From Macrostomum lignano (lineage: Eukaryota): a DNA stretch of 64,000 bases. Below, piece after piece: positions 23,246-33,511 of this stretch. The position numbers and the translations under genes are program-made. Numbering within the stretch: the stretch's first letter is position 1; the number at the start of each line of letters is the position of its first letter. The DNA lies in the NCBI GenBank assembly GCA_002269645.1, contig NIVC01000033.1, positions 423,335-487,334 on the forward strand, read 5' to 3'. The notes under the pieces were generated by a model. The model ran no database searches. It saw only the letters and a program-made list of their open reading frames with translations, and was not told the origin of the DNA.

Positions 23246-24204
23246 TTCAATTTCCTGTATTAGATTGCAGAAGTGTTAAAGAATGACAGTTTATTACAAT
23301 TAAATAAAATCCAACTATACTAAAAATGTAATGCAAAAAACTTGTCCCATGGAGTCTATTTAGGCATTATAAAGACCTGCAAAAATGCATCACAGGTGTT
23401 AAAAATATGATTGAAAACTGCATTACATGTCTCAGATTTGTAATATATTGAAATTATTTTGACATTTGTACATGGTAATTCTGTAATTAGTGAAACTAAT
23501 ATCATTTTGAATTATTTGCATTCTTACTTCAAGTACTGCACTGCATATATATGAGCAAATCTAACTATAATAATCATTTATGAAAGACATTTAATTACAA
23601 GTTTGAGTAGACATAATATATACTTTCATATTTTAGTAACAAGCACACTAAGATACTGTCAGGAAGGTGTCTAGTGTATGCCAGAGTTTTTAGGCAAAAG
23701 TTTAGGTACATAAAATATACCAAATATGCCATCAAGTTATAAAGTTATGTTAATATGCCCATTTGTGTAGCATAAAAATTGTATGCATTTAAACATTGAA
23801 AATGTTTGAGAATAATCAAGCAAAACTTAGAGAATATTGGGATAGCTTAAACCTTGAGGCCATTGCAATGATACAAGATAATCAACAACTCAGAAGCATA
23901 AGACAATTTAGAAAGACTAATAGATTCATTATATAGACACATTCTATCTTTAAATTTTAATTTCTATATAGTACAAACTTTTCATTGTTTGTCTTTTTGT
24001 TTATACTACATAGCGCAAAGCATTCTTTGTATGCCAAATATAAGCTACTGAACTATGAAAGGCTAATGTACACTACAAAATTCTAGGATATAGCATTAGG
24101 ATAACTTACTAATAGTAGCAAACTTAGTCTAGTATCTATGTAATTGTTATATTTATTATTATGCCTTCGCTAGGTTGATTATTATAGTTATTAAGCTTAG
24201 GTTT

Positions 24205-24366
24205 TGTTATGTTATGATAGACTCATAGACTCATTCTCTGTGTGTTTGATTTATGTCTATGGACACGACTAATAAACGAGTGTTAAAAGAGCACTTATAA
24301 CTACACAGCTGCTCTATATCCTTACAAGCATCTGGAAACATAAGACTTCTGTGTCGCAACACAACA
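24205..24366 (+). repeat. 5' LTR
   Basis: TGTTATGTTATG...CACAACA, identical by eye to 28624-28785; contains AATAAA. Confidence 0.97.
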
Positions 24367-24380
24367 TGGTGTCAGAGGTG
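24367..24380 (+). promoter_or_regulatory. Primer binding site, probably tRNA-Leu
   Basis: TGGTGTCAGAGGTG directly after the 5' LTR; resembles the complement of the tRNA-Leu 3' end (TGGTGTCAGAAGTG). Confidence 0.75.
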
Positions 24381-24447
24381 CACTTGTGAAGAGCTCTGGA
24401 TTTGAATTGTCAAACGCAGTACTGTGCTCAACTGGATCTGGATTCAA

Positions 24448-27400
24448 ATGGATGGCGGGCTCAAACCCCCAAAGCCATTCTGCTTTGATGAGCACAAGGC
24501 GGAAAACTGGAGTAAATGGATTTCTGCGTTCGAGCTCTATATGACTGCAACCAAGCGTGACGAATCACCGGCTAAAGTGCAAATAGCGACACTGCTAACA
24601 GCCATCAGAGAAGAAGGTCGTGAGATTTATTCAACTTTCGAGAAATCGGAAGGAGACGAAGAGCTGTCGAAAGTGACGAAACTGTTCGAAGAATATTGCA
24701 AGCCGAGTGCGAACGAAACTTTCGAGCGCTACAAATTTCGGCAACGCAGGCAGAACGAGCATGAGAGCATTGACTCATTCGTCAGCGGCCTGAAACAACT
24801 TATCAAGACATGCTCATTCGAGAAGCCAGCCTACGAATTGACGGTGAACGAATCAATAATCAGAGATCAGATTGTCCTCGGAATCAGAGACACAGAGTTG
24901 CGAGAACGGCTTCTACGTGAGCAGGAGTTGACGCTAGATAAGGCTATATCTATCTGCCGTGCAAGTGAATCATCTAAGACCCAAGTGCGGATCATGACGG
25001 GAAACACCTCCGGTGGGATTTCGAAATACATCCAGAGAGAAGTCAGTTCTGTTGTGAAGCCTCGCTCAACAGGCAGACCAGATCTCAAGTACAAGGAGAG
25101 ACGACCGAACAAAAGGTTTGGGTCCAATGGAAAGCCGATGGTAGAAAAGTCGGAGGGTTGCTCATTCTGTGGTAAGAAACACAAGAAAGGTTCATGCCCT
25201 GCATATGGCAAGACGTGCAAATCTTGCGGAAAGCAAAACCACTTCAGCAACGTTTGTCGGAATAAGACCGTAAGAGCCTTGGATCGAAATACAAATGAAA
25301 GCTCAGAATCTGATCGTCAAGATTCGTGGGTCATGTCAGCATCTCTGCGACCGGGTGGCAACGACAGAGACAGTAGAACAACTGTTGGTATCAAAATCGA
25401 AGGTCAGCTGGTGAATTGCAAATGCGACACAGGAGCGGACGCAAATGTACTCCCTGAACATCTGCTTAGGCGGATTGCACCAAACACGTCGATACAAGCA
25501 ACGTCTTGCAGACTCTTTTGCTATAAAAGGTCGCGCCTAACAGTCGCAGGGAAGGTACAATTGAAACTGGAATATGAAGGAGTCAAGCATGAAAATGAAT
25601 TTATTGTGATTAAAGAGAGGCTCATTCCACTCATCGGATGGAAAACTGCAGAAAAGATAGGCCTGGTGAAATTCAACTTCGGAGTTTCTGTTCAACCTGA
25701 AGGGTTTAAGTCCACGTGGACAGATGAAAGATTTCTTCGAGAGTATCCCGATGTCTTTGAAGGAACAGGTTGCTTACCTGGGAGTTATCACATCAGCCTG
25801 CGCGATGACAAAGAATCTTGGACGGATCGCCCTCGAAGAATCCCGTTTGCAGCAATGCAACCTTTGAAGGCTGAATTAGATTGCCTGGTTTCGGATGGAC
25901 TCATCACCAAGTGTGATGAGCCCACGAAGTACGTTTCAAATGTGGTCGTCGTCTGGAAGGCAGACAAGACTATACGTCTTTGCCTAGACCCTCAGCATCT
26001 GAATGCCAACATATTGAGAGAGCAGTATCAGATACCGTCTTATGACGAAATTATTGCAGAAATCGGAAACGCTGCTCTGTTCTCAACTTTTGATGCGACT
26101 GCGAGTTTTCACCAGATTGCATTGGATTATGAAAGTTTGTTGATGACGTGCTTTCACACACCTTTTGGACGATATCGTTGGCTGAGAATGCCCTATGGAA
26201 TTTGTTCCGCATCGGAAGTCTACCAGAAGCGAGTTCGGGAGGAGATCTCGGACAAGATCAGAAACTGCAACAATTTTATTGACGACTTCATTGTTTGGGG
26301 CAAGACTGTTGAAGAACACGATGAAGCTGTGAAGCAGCCTATGGAAATGTGCCGTGCGAAGAATTTGCGCCTGAATTATAAAAAGCGGAAAGTCGGATTG
26401 AAGGAATTGAAATTCCTCGGCAACATACTTTCGCACACCGGAATTAAAGTCGACCCAGACAAAGTAAAAGCAATGCGCGATATGCCCCGACCAGATACTC
26501 TATCCGGCAATGAGAGAAAGCAGCAACTTATGCGATTTCTAGGATGTGCAAATTTTTTGTCCAAATTCATTTCGGATCTGTCATCTAAGGCAGCACCGCT
26601 ACGCACATTGCTGACAAAGAATGCTCAGTGGAACTGGACAAATGAACACGAAAAAGCGTACGAATCAATTTTGCAGAGTCTTTGCGACGCACCAGTCTTA
26701 GCTCGCTATAACCCGAATGCACCACTTACTCTGTCAGTCGATGCTAGTCAACACGGTCTCGGAGCAACTATCCTGCAAGATGGACACCCGCTGGAATACG
26801 CTTCGTCATCACTGACGCCATCCCAACGGAAGTATGCTCAGATCGAAAAGGAACTTTTGGCTATTGTGTTTGGCTGCAAGCGATTCCACCAGTACGTCTG
26901 GGGACACAAGGTAACGGTCGAGAGCGACCACAAGCCGCTAGAGAACATCTTCCGGAAGCCAATTTCAACTCTTACAGCAAGATTGCAGAGACTGATGCTA
27001 CTAGTTCAGAAGTACGACCTGCACATTATATACGTTCCCGGTAAAGACTTGCACATTCCAGACACTCTAAGCCGCGCTTTCTTAAAGAACGTACATGCCT
27101 CTAAACAACTCGAAGATGACATCGAAGGTCACGTGCTCGGTGTTAGAATGTCGGTTGGATTCCCAGAACTGATGCAGAAACTGGAAAATGAAACGGCAAA
27201 GGACTCAACACTGCAACAACTCGCTGAGATCATCGGTGTTGGTTGGCCTCACCACAGAAGCCAGCTCGTGACTGAGCTTCGTTGTTTCTGGAACGTCAGA
27301 CATGATCTGACTGCGCATGGCAATCTGATCTGGATGAAGAACCGAATAGTCGTTCCAAACTCAATGAGAATGGAAGTGCTACAGAAGCTGCATACTAGAC

Positions 27401-28329
27401 ACCCTGGAATTGTGAAGGCAAGCTTAAAGGCGTCAGAGAGCGTCTACTGGCCTGGAATTAGATGTGATATTCAAGAAATGACTTCAGCGTGCATTGCCTG
27501 CCAGGAAAGCCAAAGAAAGCCACAGAAGGAACCGATGGTGGCTCAGTGCCTACCGGACTACCCATTTCAGGAATGTGGCACGGATATTTTCCATATTGAG
27601 GGGAAGAATTTCCTGATATATGTTGATAAATACAGTCGGATGATCAAATACGCTAGGATCAACAATACTTCAGCTGCCTCTGTGATTCCCCAACTAAAGA
27701 AGTATTTCCAGACCTATGGAGTTTGCGAGATTTTAAGATCTGACAATGGACCTCCATTCTCGGGAAGAGAATTTGGTCATTTCGCGAAAGAGTACGGCTT
27801 CAAGCATGCTACATCATCGCCGAAGTACAGCCAGTCCAACGGATTAGCGGAAAGAGGCGTTCAAACGATCAAGAATATTTTAAAGAAGGTTCTGAAGAGC
27901 AATGAAGGCGAGCACATGGCACTGCTGCATTACAAGAACACTCCTATCGAGCATGGAATGCCATCACCCGCTGAGCTAGTCTTTGGACACAAACTGCGCT
28001 ATGATTTGCCGATCCCAAAAGCAGATCTAATTCCTAGACAGGTCATGTCCAGGAAAGTACTGCAGAAGCTAAAGGACCAGCAGAACAAGGCCGAAGAATA
28101 TTACAACCGTGGATCTAAGGAGAGGAGAGAATTTGGTTGTGGAGAAAAGGTTTGGATGCAAGAATCAACACGACGATGGCAGCCAGCAGAAGTGCACATG
28201 AGAGTGAATGACCGTTCTTATATAGTTCGCAATGAACAAGGAAAGCTACTACGTCGGAACAAATCGTTTTTGACTCAACGGACTGGAGCAGCAGAAGAAA
28301 TCGCTGTTCCACAAAGAGAAACCCTTTAA
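24448..28329 (+). CDS. Gag-Pol polyprotein
   Basis: Cys/His knuckles CSFCGKKH...C and CKSCGKQNHFSNVC, protease DTGA, RT FIDD, RNase H DAS/EKELLA, integrase H-H-C-C and D..DNG..E. Confidence 0.95.
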   Translation: MDGGLKPPKPFCFDEHKAENWSKWISAFELYMTATKRDESPAKVQIATLLTAIREEGREIYSTFEKSEGDEELSKVTKLFEEYCKPSANETFERYKFRQRRQNEHESIDSFVSGLKQLIKTCSFEKPAYELTVNESIIRDQIVLGIRDTELRERLLREQELTLDKAISICRASESSKTQVRIMTGNTSGGISKYIQREVSSVVKPRSTGRPDLKYKERRPNKRFGSNGKPMVEKSEGCSFCGKKHKKGSCPAYGKTCKSCGKQNHFSNVCRNKTVRALDRNTNESSESDRQDSWVMSASLRPGGNDRDSRTTVGIKIEGQLVNCKCDTGADANVLPEHLLRRIAPNTSIQATSCRLFCYKRSRLTVAGKVQLKLEYEGVKHENEFIVIKERLIPLIGWKTAEKIGLVKFNFGVSVQPEGFKSTWTDERFLREYPDVFEGTGCLPGSYHISLRDDKESWTDRPRRIPFAAMQPLKAELDCLVSDGLITKCDEPTKYVSNVVVVWKADKTIRLCLDPQHLNANILREQYQIPSYDEIIAEIGNAALFSTFDATASFHQIALDYESLLMTCFHTPFGRYRWLRMPYGICSASEVYQKRVREEISDKIRNCNNFIDDFIVWGKTVEEHDEAVKQPMEMCRAKNLRLNYKKRKVGLKELKFLGNILSHTGIKVDPDKVKAMRDMPRPDTLSGNERKQQLMRFLGCANFLSKFISDLSSKAAPLRTLLTKNAQWNWTNEHEKAYESILQSLCDAPVLARYNPNAPLTLSVDASQHGLGATILQDGHPLEYASSSLTPSQRKYAQIEKELLAIVFGCKRFHQYVWGHKVTVESDHKPLENIFRKPISTLTARLQRLMLLVQKYDLHIIYVPGKDLHIPDTLSRAFLKNVHASKQLEDDIEGHVLGVRMSVGFPELMQKLENETAKDSTLQQLAEIIGVGWPHHRSQLVTELRCFWNVRHDLTAHGNLIWMKNRIVVPNSMRMEVLQKLHTRHPGIVKASLKASESVYWPGIRCDIQEMTSACIACQESQRKPQKEPMVAQCLPDYPFQECGTDIFHIEGKNFLIYVDKYSRMIKYARINNTSAASVIPQLKKYFQTYGVCEILRSDNGPPFSGREFGHFAKEYGFKHATSSPKYSQSNGLAERGVQTIKNILKKVLKSNEGEHMALLHYKNTPIEHGMPSPAELVFGHKLRYDLPIPKADLIPRQVMSRKVLQKLKDQQNKAEEYYNRGSKERREFGCGEKVWMQESTRRWQPAEVHMRVNDRSYIVRNEQGKLLRRNKSFLTQRTGAAEEIAVPQRETL

Positions 28330-28611
28330 GACACATTCGGAAAGGAAACTACCGCACCACTGAAAGCTTCTCAAAGTCAACCGGATAAGCACGAAGCAGT
28401 GGAGGAAAATATAGGCAGCAAACCATCAGCACAAGCACCTAATGCACAACAATGTCAGTCACCTAGGACGACAAATGGCTATACAACACGGAGTGGACGT
28501 GTGGTGAAGCCAGTCGTGCGATTTCAGGCACATTGACTAATGAAAAGGTGTCAGTGTAGAACAGAACTTCTGGAAAGAGGATTTATTTTACTTACACATA
28601 GGAATCCCTCT

Positions 28612-28623
28612 GAAGAAGGGAGA
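28612..28623 (+). promoter_or_regulatory. Polypurine tract
   Basis: GAAGAAGGGAGA immediately before the 3' LTR. Confidence 0.9.
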
Positions 28624-28785
28624 TGTTATGTTATGATAGACTCATAGACTCATTCTCTGTGTGTTTGATTTATGTCTATGGACACGACTAATAAACGAGT
28701 GTTAAAAGAGCACTTATAACTACACAGCTGCTCTATATCCTTACAAGCATCTGGAAACATAAGACTTCTGTGTCGCAACACAACA
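28624..28785 (+). repeat. 3' LTR
   Basis: Identical to 24205-24366. Confidence 0.97.
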
Positions 28786-28992
28786 GGTTTTTTGTGTTTG
28801 TTAAAAATGTCAATTGATAAGCCTAGTTTAATTAAAAGCATATATAATATAGCTTGTATATAAACTCTTTTGCAACCTTTTGCTTTTATTTCTCTTTTAA
28901 ATAACATATTGATATTGGTTGCCAGTTACAGCTTCACATATATATTTAATAGACATTAGAAAAAAATTAATGTGCTATAAACACCTTGCATA

Positions 28993-30300
28993 CGAGGGTC
29001 ACTCTGAAAGTTTTTGCGTTCGACCACTTCCCTGCAAGCCAGCGCCGTAAAATTGCACCAAAACTTAATTCCAGAAGTTTTCAACTTGCATATAAAAATT
29101 CAAGTGCCCAGCTTTAAGAGAAGCAACGCAATCTGCAATTGAAATTCAGTTTTTAGCTGTCTGCCAGCCATGGCCGCCGAACTGTCGAGGCGCGACATCC
29201 GCGCCATAATTTTCTACAACTTCAAGCGCGGCCTCACGACGCAGCAATGCCACGAGGAGATGCAGGCAGCTCTGGGAGATTCTGCGCCTTCGATCCGCAC
29301 CATCCAGAACTGGTACCGCGACCTTCAGGCTGGACGGTGCAGCCTGGACGACGACGACCGAGAAGGACGTCCTGCGACAGCAACGACTGGAGAAAACGTC
29401 GAGCTGGCACGCAGCCTGATCAAAGAGGATCGGCGTGTGACCCACGTGCAATTGGAGCAGCAGCTGGGCATTGGATCTGGGCAAGTGCAGAAGATTTTGC
29501 ACGAACACCTTGGGGTACGGCGACTGTGCGCTCATTGGGTGCCGCATTTGCTGACACAGCAGCAGAAGGATGAACGCGTGCGGTGGTGCCACCAGATGCT
29601 CGCTGACTTCCAGGACGGCGCCGCACGTGGTGTTTTTGACGTTGTGACAGGCGACGAAACCTGGGTGTTCCAGCACAACCCCGAGACGAAGCGCCAGTTG
29701 TCGGTGTGGTGCTTCTTTGGCGAGGAGTCACCAACGAAATTTCGCCGCTCTAGGAGCATCGGTAAAGCCATGGTCGCCAGCTTCTTTGGCAGATCAGGCC
29801 ATGTGGCGACTGTGGTGCTGGACGGGCAGCGAACAGTGACGGCGGAGTGGTACGTCACAGTCTGCCTGCCGCAGGTGCTGCAGGCGTGGCAGGAGCGGCG
29901 TCCCAAACGCAGAATCCATGGCCTTCGCCTGCACCACGACAACGCGAGTTCACACACGGCGCAGCGAACCATCATGTTCTTGGCCGAAAATCATGTTTCC
30001 GTGGTCAGACACCCACCCTACTTGCCCGACCTGGCTCTGTGTGATTTTTTTCTATTTCCGAAGGTGAAGGCCGGGCTTCGTGGACAGAGATTTCCCACAG
30101 TTGAGGACGCGATTCGTGCATACAGGGACGGTGTGGATGCACTGACAAAACAGGACTGGGCTGCAGCCTTTGAGCAGTGGTTTGAGCGAATGCGAAAGTG
30201 TGTGTGCGCGCAGGGCAACTACTTTGAACAGATGTGAGGGGGTTTAGCTCTGGCGAAAGCTGAAAGTGGTCGAACGCAAAAACTTTCGGAGTGACCCTCA
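28993..30300 (+). mobile_element. Full-length mariner transposon, 1308 bp
   Basis: TA TSDs at 28991-28992 and 30301-30302; 37-bp TIRs (CGAGGGTCACTCTGAAAGTTTTTGCGTTCGACCACTT) with 2 mismatches. Confidence 0.97.
29170..30237 (+). CDS. Mariner transposase, DD34D, 355 aa
   Basis: N-terminal HTH region, WVPHLL, TGDETW, HDNA and PYLPDLALCD; 34 residues lie between the second and third Asp. Confidence 0.96.
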   Translation: MAAELSRRDIRAIIFYNFKRGLTTQQCHEEMQAALGDSAPSIRTIQNWYRDLQAGRCSLDDDDREGRPATATTGENVELARSLIKEDRRVTHVQLEQQLGIGSGQVQKILHEHLGVRRLCAHWVPHLLTQQQKDERVRWCHQMLADFQDGAARGVFDVVTGDETWVFQHNPETKRQLSVWCFFGEESPTKFRRSRSIGKAMVASFFGRSGHVATVVLDGQRTVTAEWYVTVCLPQVLQAWQERRPKRRIHGLRLHHDNASSHTAQRTIMFLAENHVSVVRHPPYLPDLALCDFFLFPKVKAGLRGQRFPTVEDAIRAYRDGVDALTKQDWAAAFEQWFERMRKCVCAQGNYFEQM

Positions 30301-30370
30301 TAATTTAAATATGAAAAACAATATAAACTTTTAAAAGTCATTTATCCTTAGGCTCAAAGTACATTTATAT

Positions 30371-30755
30371 TAGAGGTCGGACGAGCCAAAAATTTTGGTC
30401 GGGCATGAAATTTTGTGAAATTTTCAAAGTCAGGCGTGATCGTGAATTTATATTTGCATACACATATTTTGAGCTCGTAAGTTACAAGTGTTGAAAATAA
30501 CAAAACAAGAAAAGAAATATTTATAAATTAATAATAGCTACTCGATAATGCTGTCAAGTCAACAAATTTAAAATTTATTTCTCTTTTACACATTTGTATT
30601 TACATATTTTGGTAAACCAAGTAGAAAAGTTATACTTCTAATAAAAATGTAATAAAGCAGAAATTCACAACTGTCGTGAATGGGTTTCAAGGAAATCATG
30701 ATCGTGAAAAAAAATGGTTGTGAATTCACAAAATCGTGATCATGTCTGGCCCCTA
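30371..30755. mobile_element. hAT-type MITE
   Basis: Termini TAGAGGTCGGACG and CATGTCTGGCCCCTA; 8-bp TSD ATTTATAT (30363-30370 and 30756-30763). Confidence 0.8.
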
Positions 30756-31927
30756 ATTTATATCAAAATTATAAATGTGTTAAACATTTTCAAGTTCTAG
30801 TTATACAGTTTTATAGGCCTAATCCAGATAAATAGAATATACAAATAACAATTATGTTTAGGCCTAGTTTGTTTGCTTTTTTTAAAAGGAATATAAAAAT
30901 ATATAGTATAGGCCTAGTCTAATTCTAAATATCTTTACTTTAGAAATTTCTTTTAAATAATTTAGTACCTAATAACTTATATAAACTATACATATTTAAA
31001 ATTTGAAAAAAAACCCTTGGCCTTATCAATTATCAGCTAGGCTTAAAATAAATGCATAAGCTTGTACATTCTTTACATTGTACATGCAACAATAGCTTAT
31101 TTCATTAAATTATTAAATAATCAAATCATCCATTGCTAAAAGAAAATACACTATCACTAAGAAGCTGTCTTTTTAAAAAGACTAATTGCTATAAATTTCT
31201 AAACCATACCTAAAATTAGGTAGTGTTATTTTAGTCATGACGCTATGTGAGCCATGTCACTCATGTGGTGTTATTCTTTTGAATTGTGTCAGATACAGAT
31301 AAAATTTTATATTTTGAATTTTAAAACCTCACTAGAGCAGCCAATAAATACTGCTAGTCTACTATAGTAAAAATATCTAAATCTGTAATGTCTTTGTAAG
31401 GGCTTGGATGGACCATCTAATCAAAATCGAAAATACAAATTTAGGCCTAACTCACTCGTGAAAATTACAATCACAAAAATTAACTTCCTCATACATAAAT
31501 TCAAATGTAAAGCATTAGAATACATAATGCGTAGTAGAATGAGAAAATCTCTTTTATTAAAAACAATACTTTACATCTTGCAGTATATTTTATTGTTACT
31601 GTTAAATTTCTCTTTTAACTTTAAAACTTTGTTTTAGTTCTGCATTTTTAATTCGCAAACACGGCCAGTTTTTTCAAGCTTTAAATAGTGAGATCGAGAC
31701 GTTTTATGTATTCTAAAAAATACCTTCCTGATTTGTATTTTACGTTTGTTACGGTTTTTACGTTGATTTTTAATAAGCAATTTCAAGCTAACTGGCATCA
31801 GAAGCTCAAATATGCAATACTACTAGTTAATGTAGCTGAAGCCAATGAATGCATATCCCCTTGGCTGTCGGTACTTTGCGTAGTAAAAACGATGGAAAAA
31901 TCGATATAATGATAACTTAGTCGAAAT

Positions 31928-32295
31928 GGGGGGCCGCGTAGCCCAGCGGTCTAGCGCAGGCTCTGCAGTGTGCCAGCGGCCCAAGCTCGATTCCAAGTGC
32001 AGTCACATTAATTTGGGGCTGAATTGGAATCTCAGCTTGGCTCTGCTCGTGCAATTAACAGCCTTAATTGAGAGCCACCCCCAAGGCGCAATGAAGTGTA
32101 CATGCCTAACGATAAAATAAAGTTAGGGCCGCTGTACACTCCTGTGTGTGTGTGCCTGCGTACGTATCCGCGCGCTTGTATGCCTGCTCAGGGGAGTCGG
32201 CGGAATGGGCAGTAATGCCTCTCGCTAGTTGTGTGCCTATGTCGGTTAAAGTGCGCCAGGGTGCACACAAACCCCCTGCCTCTAATAAAAAAATA
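31928..32295 (+). mobile_element. tRNA-derived SINE, copy 1
   Basis: A-box TAGCCCAGCGG, degenerate B-box GCTCGATTCC, body homologous to 63494-63812, A-rich tail. Confidence 0.8.
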
Positions 32296-33127
32296 ACAGT
32301 CGAAAGTTTCTTTACGGTTGTCACCTGGACCTGTCTTCGATTAAATGTGAAAACGACAGAGATATGCTATTTGGATTTATGTTGATGTTTTTACCTCAAA
32401 CCACGGGAGGCATTTATGAGCATATATATTAAACCAGGCAGAGTCGATAGTTTTATTTAACAATAAGCAGATGAAACACGCTTAAAGTGAATCGTATCGA
32501 TGCAAATACGTGTAGATTAAACGGTGAAAAAGCGAAGTTCAAAAAGCGCGTTTGAGTAAATATATTGAATTCTCTAGCTATTAAGCGGGTCACAAGGGTT
32601 ACGAGAAGCATGAAGAAAAAACAGAAACGCACAGGGATATACTAGAAAAATTTGATTAGTAATATTCATAAATATGACACGAAATTAAATATCATAATGA
32701 ATAAAGCGATTTAAGAGTAAGTCAAGACTTCTGGGTGCCGCTTGCCATTGTGGTCTAGAATTATTACCAAATGCAGGCACCCAAGCAGATCGGTTCCGGA
32801 CTGCAGCCTGGGGCTTAAATTAGTAATTTGATGACGCAGAATTTAACAGTTCACCTGCGTAGCGACGAAATTGGAACCATAGATAAGAAAAGAGGTACAG
32901 CATACTCATTATCAGTATCATTATTACATATCATCATAAATTATAAAAACTACGGTAAGCGATAGCTGGTAGCTCACGAAACTGGGGCATAACTTCCATG
33001 ATAAAAATAAGAAAGAAGTTTGGATGAAATTATTTTAAGGGGCGGCGGGATTTAAGGTGGGCAATTATGCTAATATTTGAAAGAATTATCAAGTCCTATC
33101 ACTTGCTTAGTCGTTATTATGCACTTG

Positions 33128-33375
33128 TTATGTCGTTACTATGCGGTTGCTATGCCGTTACTATGCGGTTGTTATGCTGTTGCTATGTTGTTGCTATGTC
33201 GTTACTATGCAGTTACTATGTCGTTACTATGCAGTTACTATGTTGTTACTATGCGGTTGCTATGTTGTTACTATGCGGTTGCTATGTTGTTACTATGCGG
33301 TTGCTATGTTGTTACTATGCTGTTGCTATGTCGTTACTATGCGGTTGCTATGTTGTTACGATGTAGTTGCTATGT
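33128..33375. repeat. 22-bp (2x11) minisatellite just 3' of the THADA stop
   Basis: Unit GTTACTATGCGGTTGCTATGTT. Confidence 0.9.
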
Positions 33376-33511
33376 ATTCTGATGGGGTTTCCAGGCTCAA
33401 GTGGCCGAAAGACCAGATTATATATCAAGCAAGGCAACCGAAGCGGAGCTTTAGCAGCTCGGCTCAAAGTAACAAAAATGCAGCAAATTAAATTATGAAG
33501 AAAGTAATCAA

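Larger units (their letters stand above)
24205..28785 (+). mobile_element. Full-length Ty3/gypsy LTR retrotransposon, Mag-like
   Basis: Identical 162-bp LTRs (TG...CA), 5-bp TSD GGTTT (24200-24204 and 28786-28790), PBS, PPT and a single gag-pol ORF in PR-RT-RH-IN order. Confidence 0.97.

Noticed and set aside
22233-23279. Multiple overlapping ORFs on both strands over PRCC (similarly over THADA, TTLL1, Cav2, gypsy and mariner)
   Set aside because: These are shadow ORFs of GC-rich coding sequence with no recognisable motifs.
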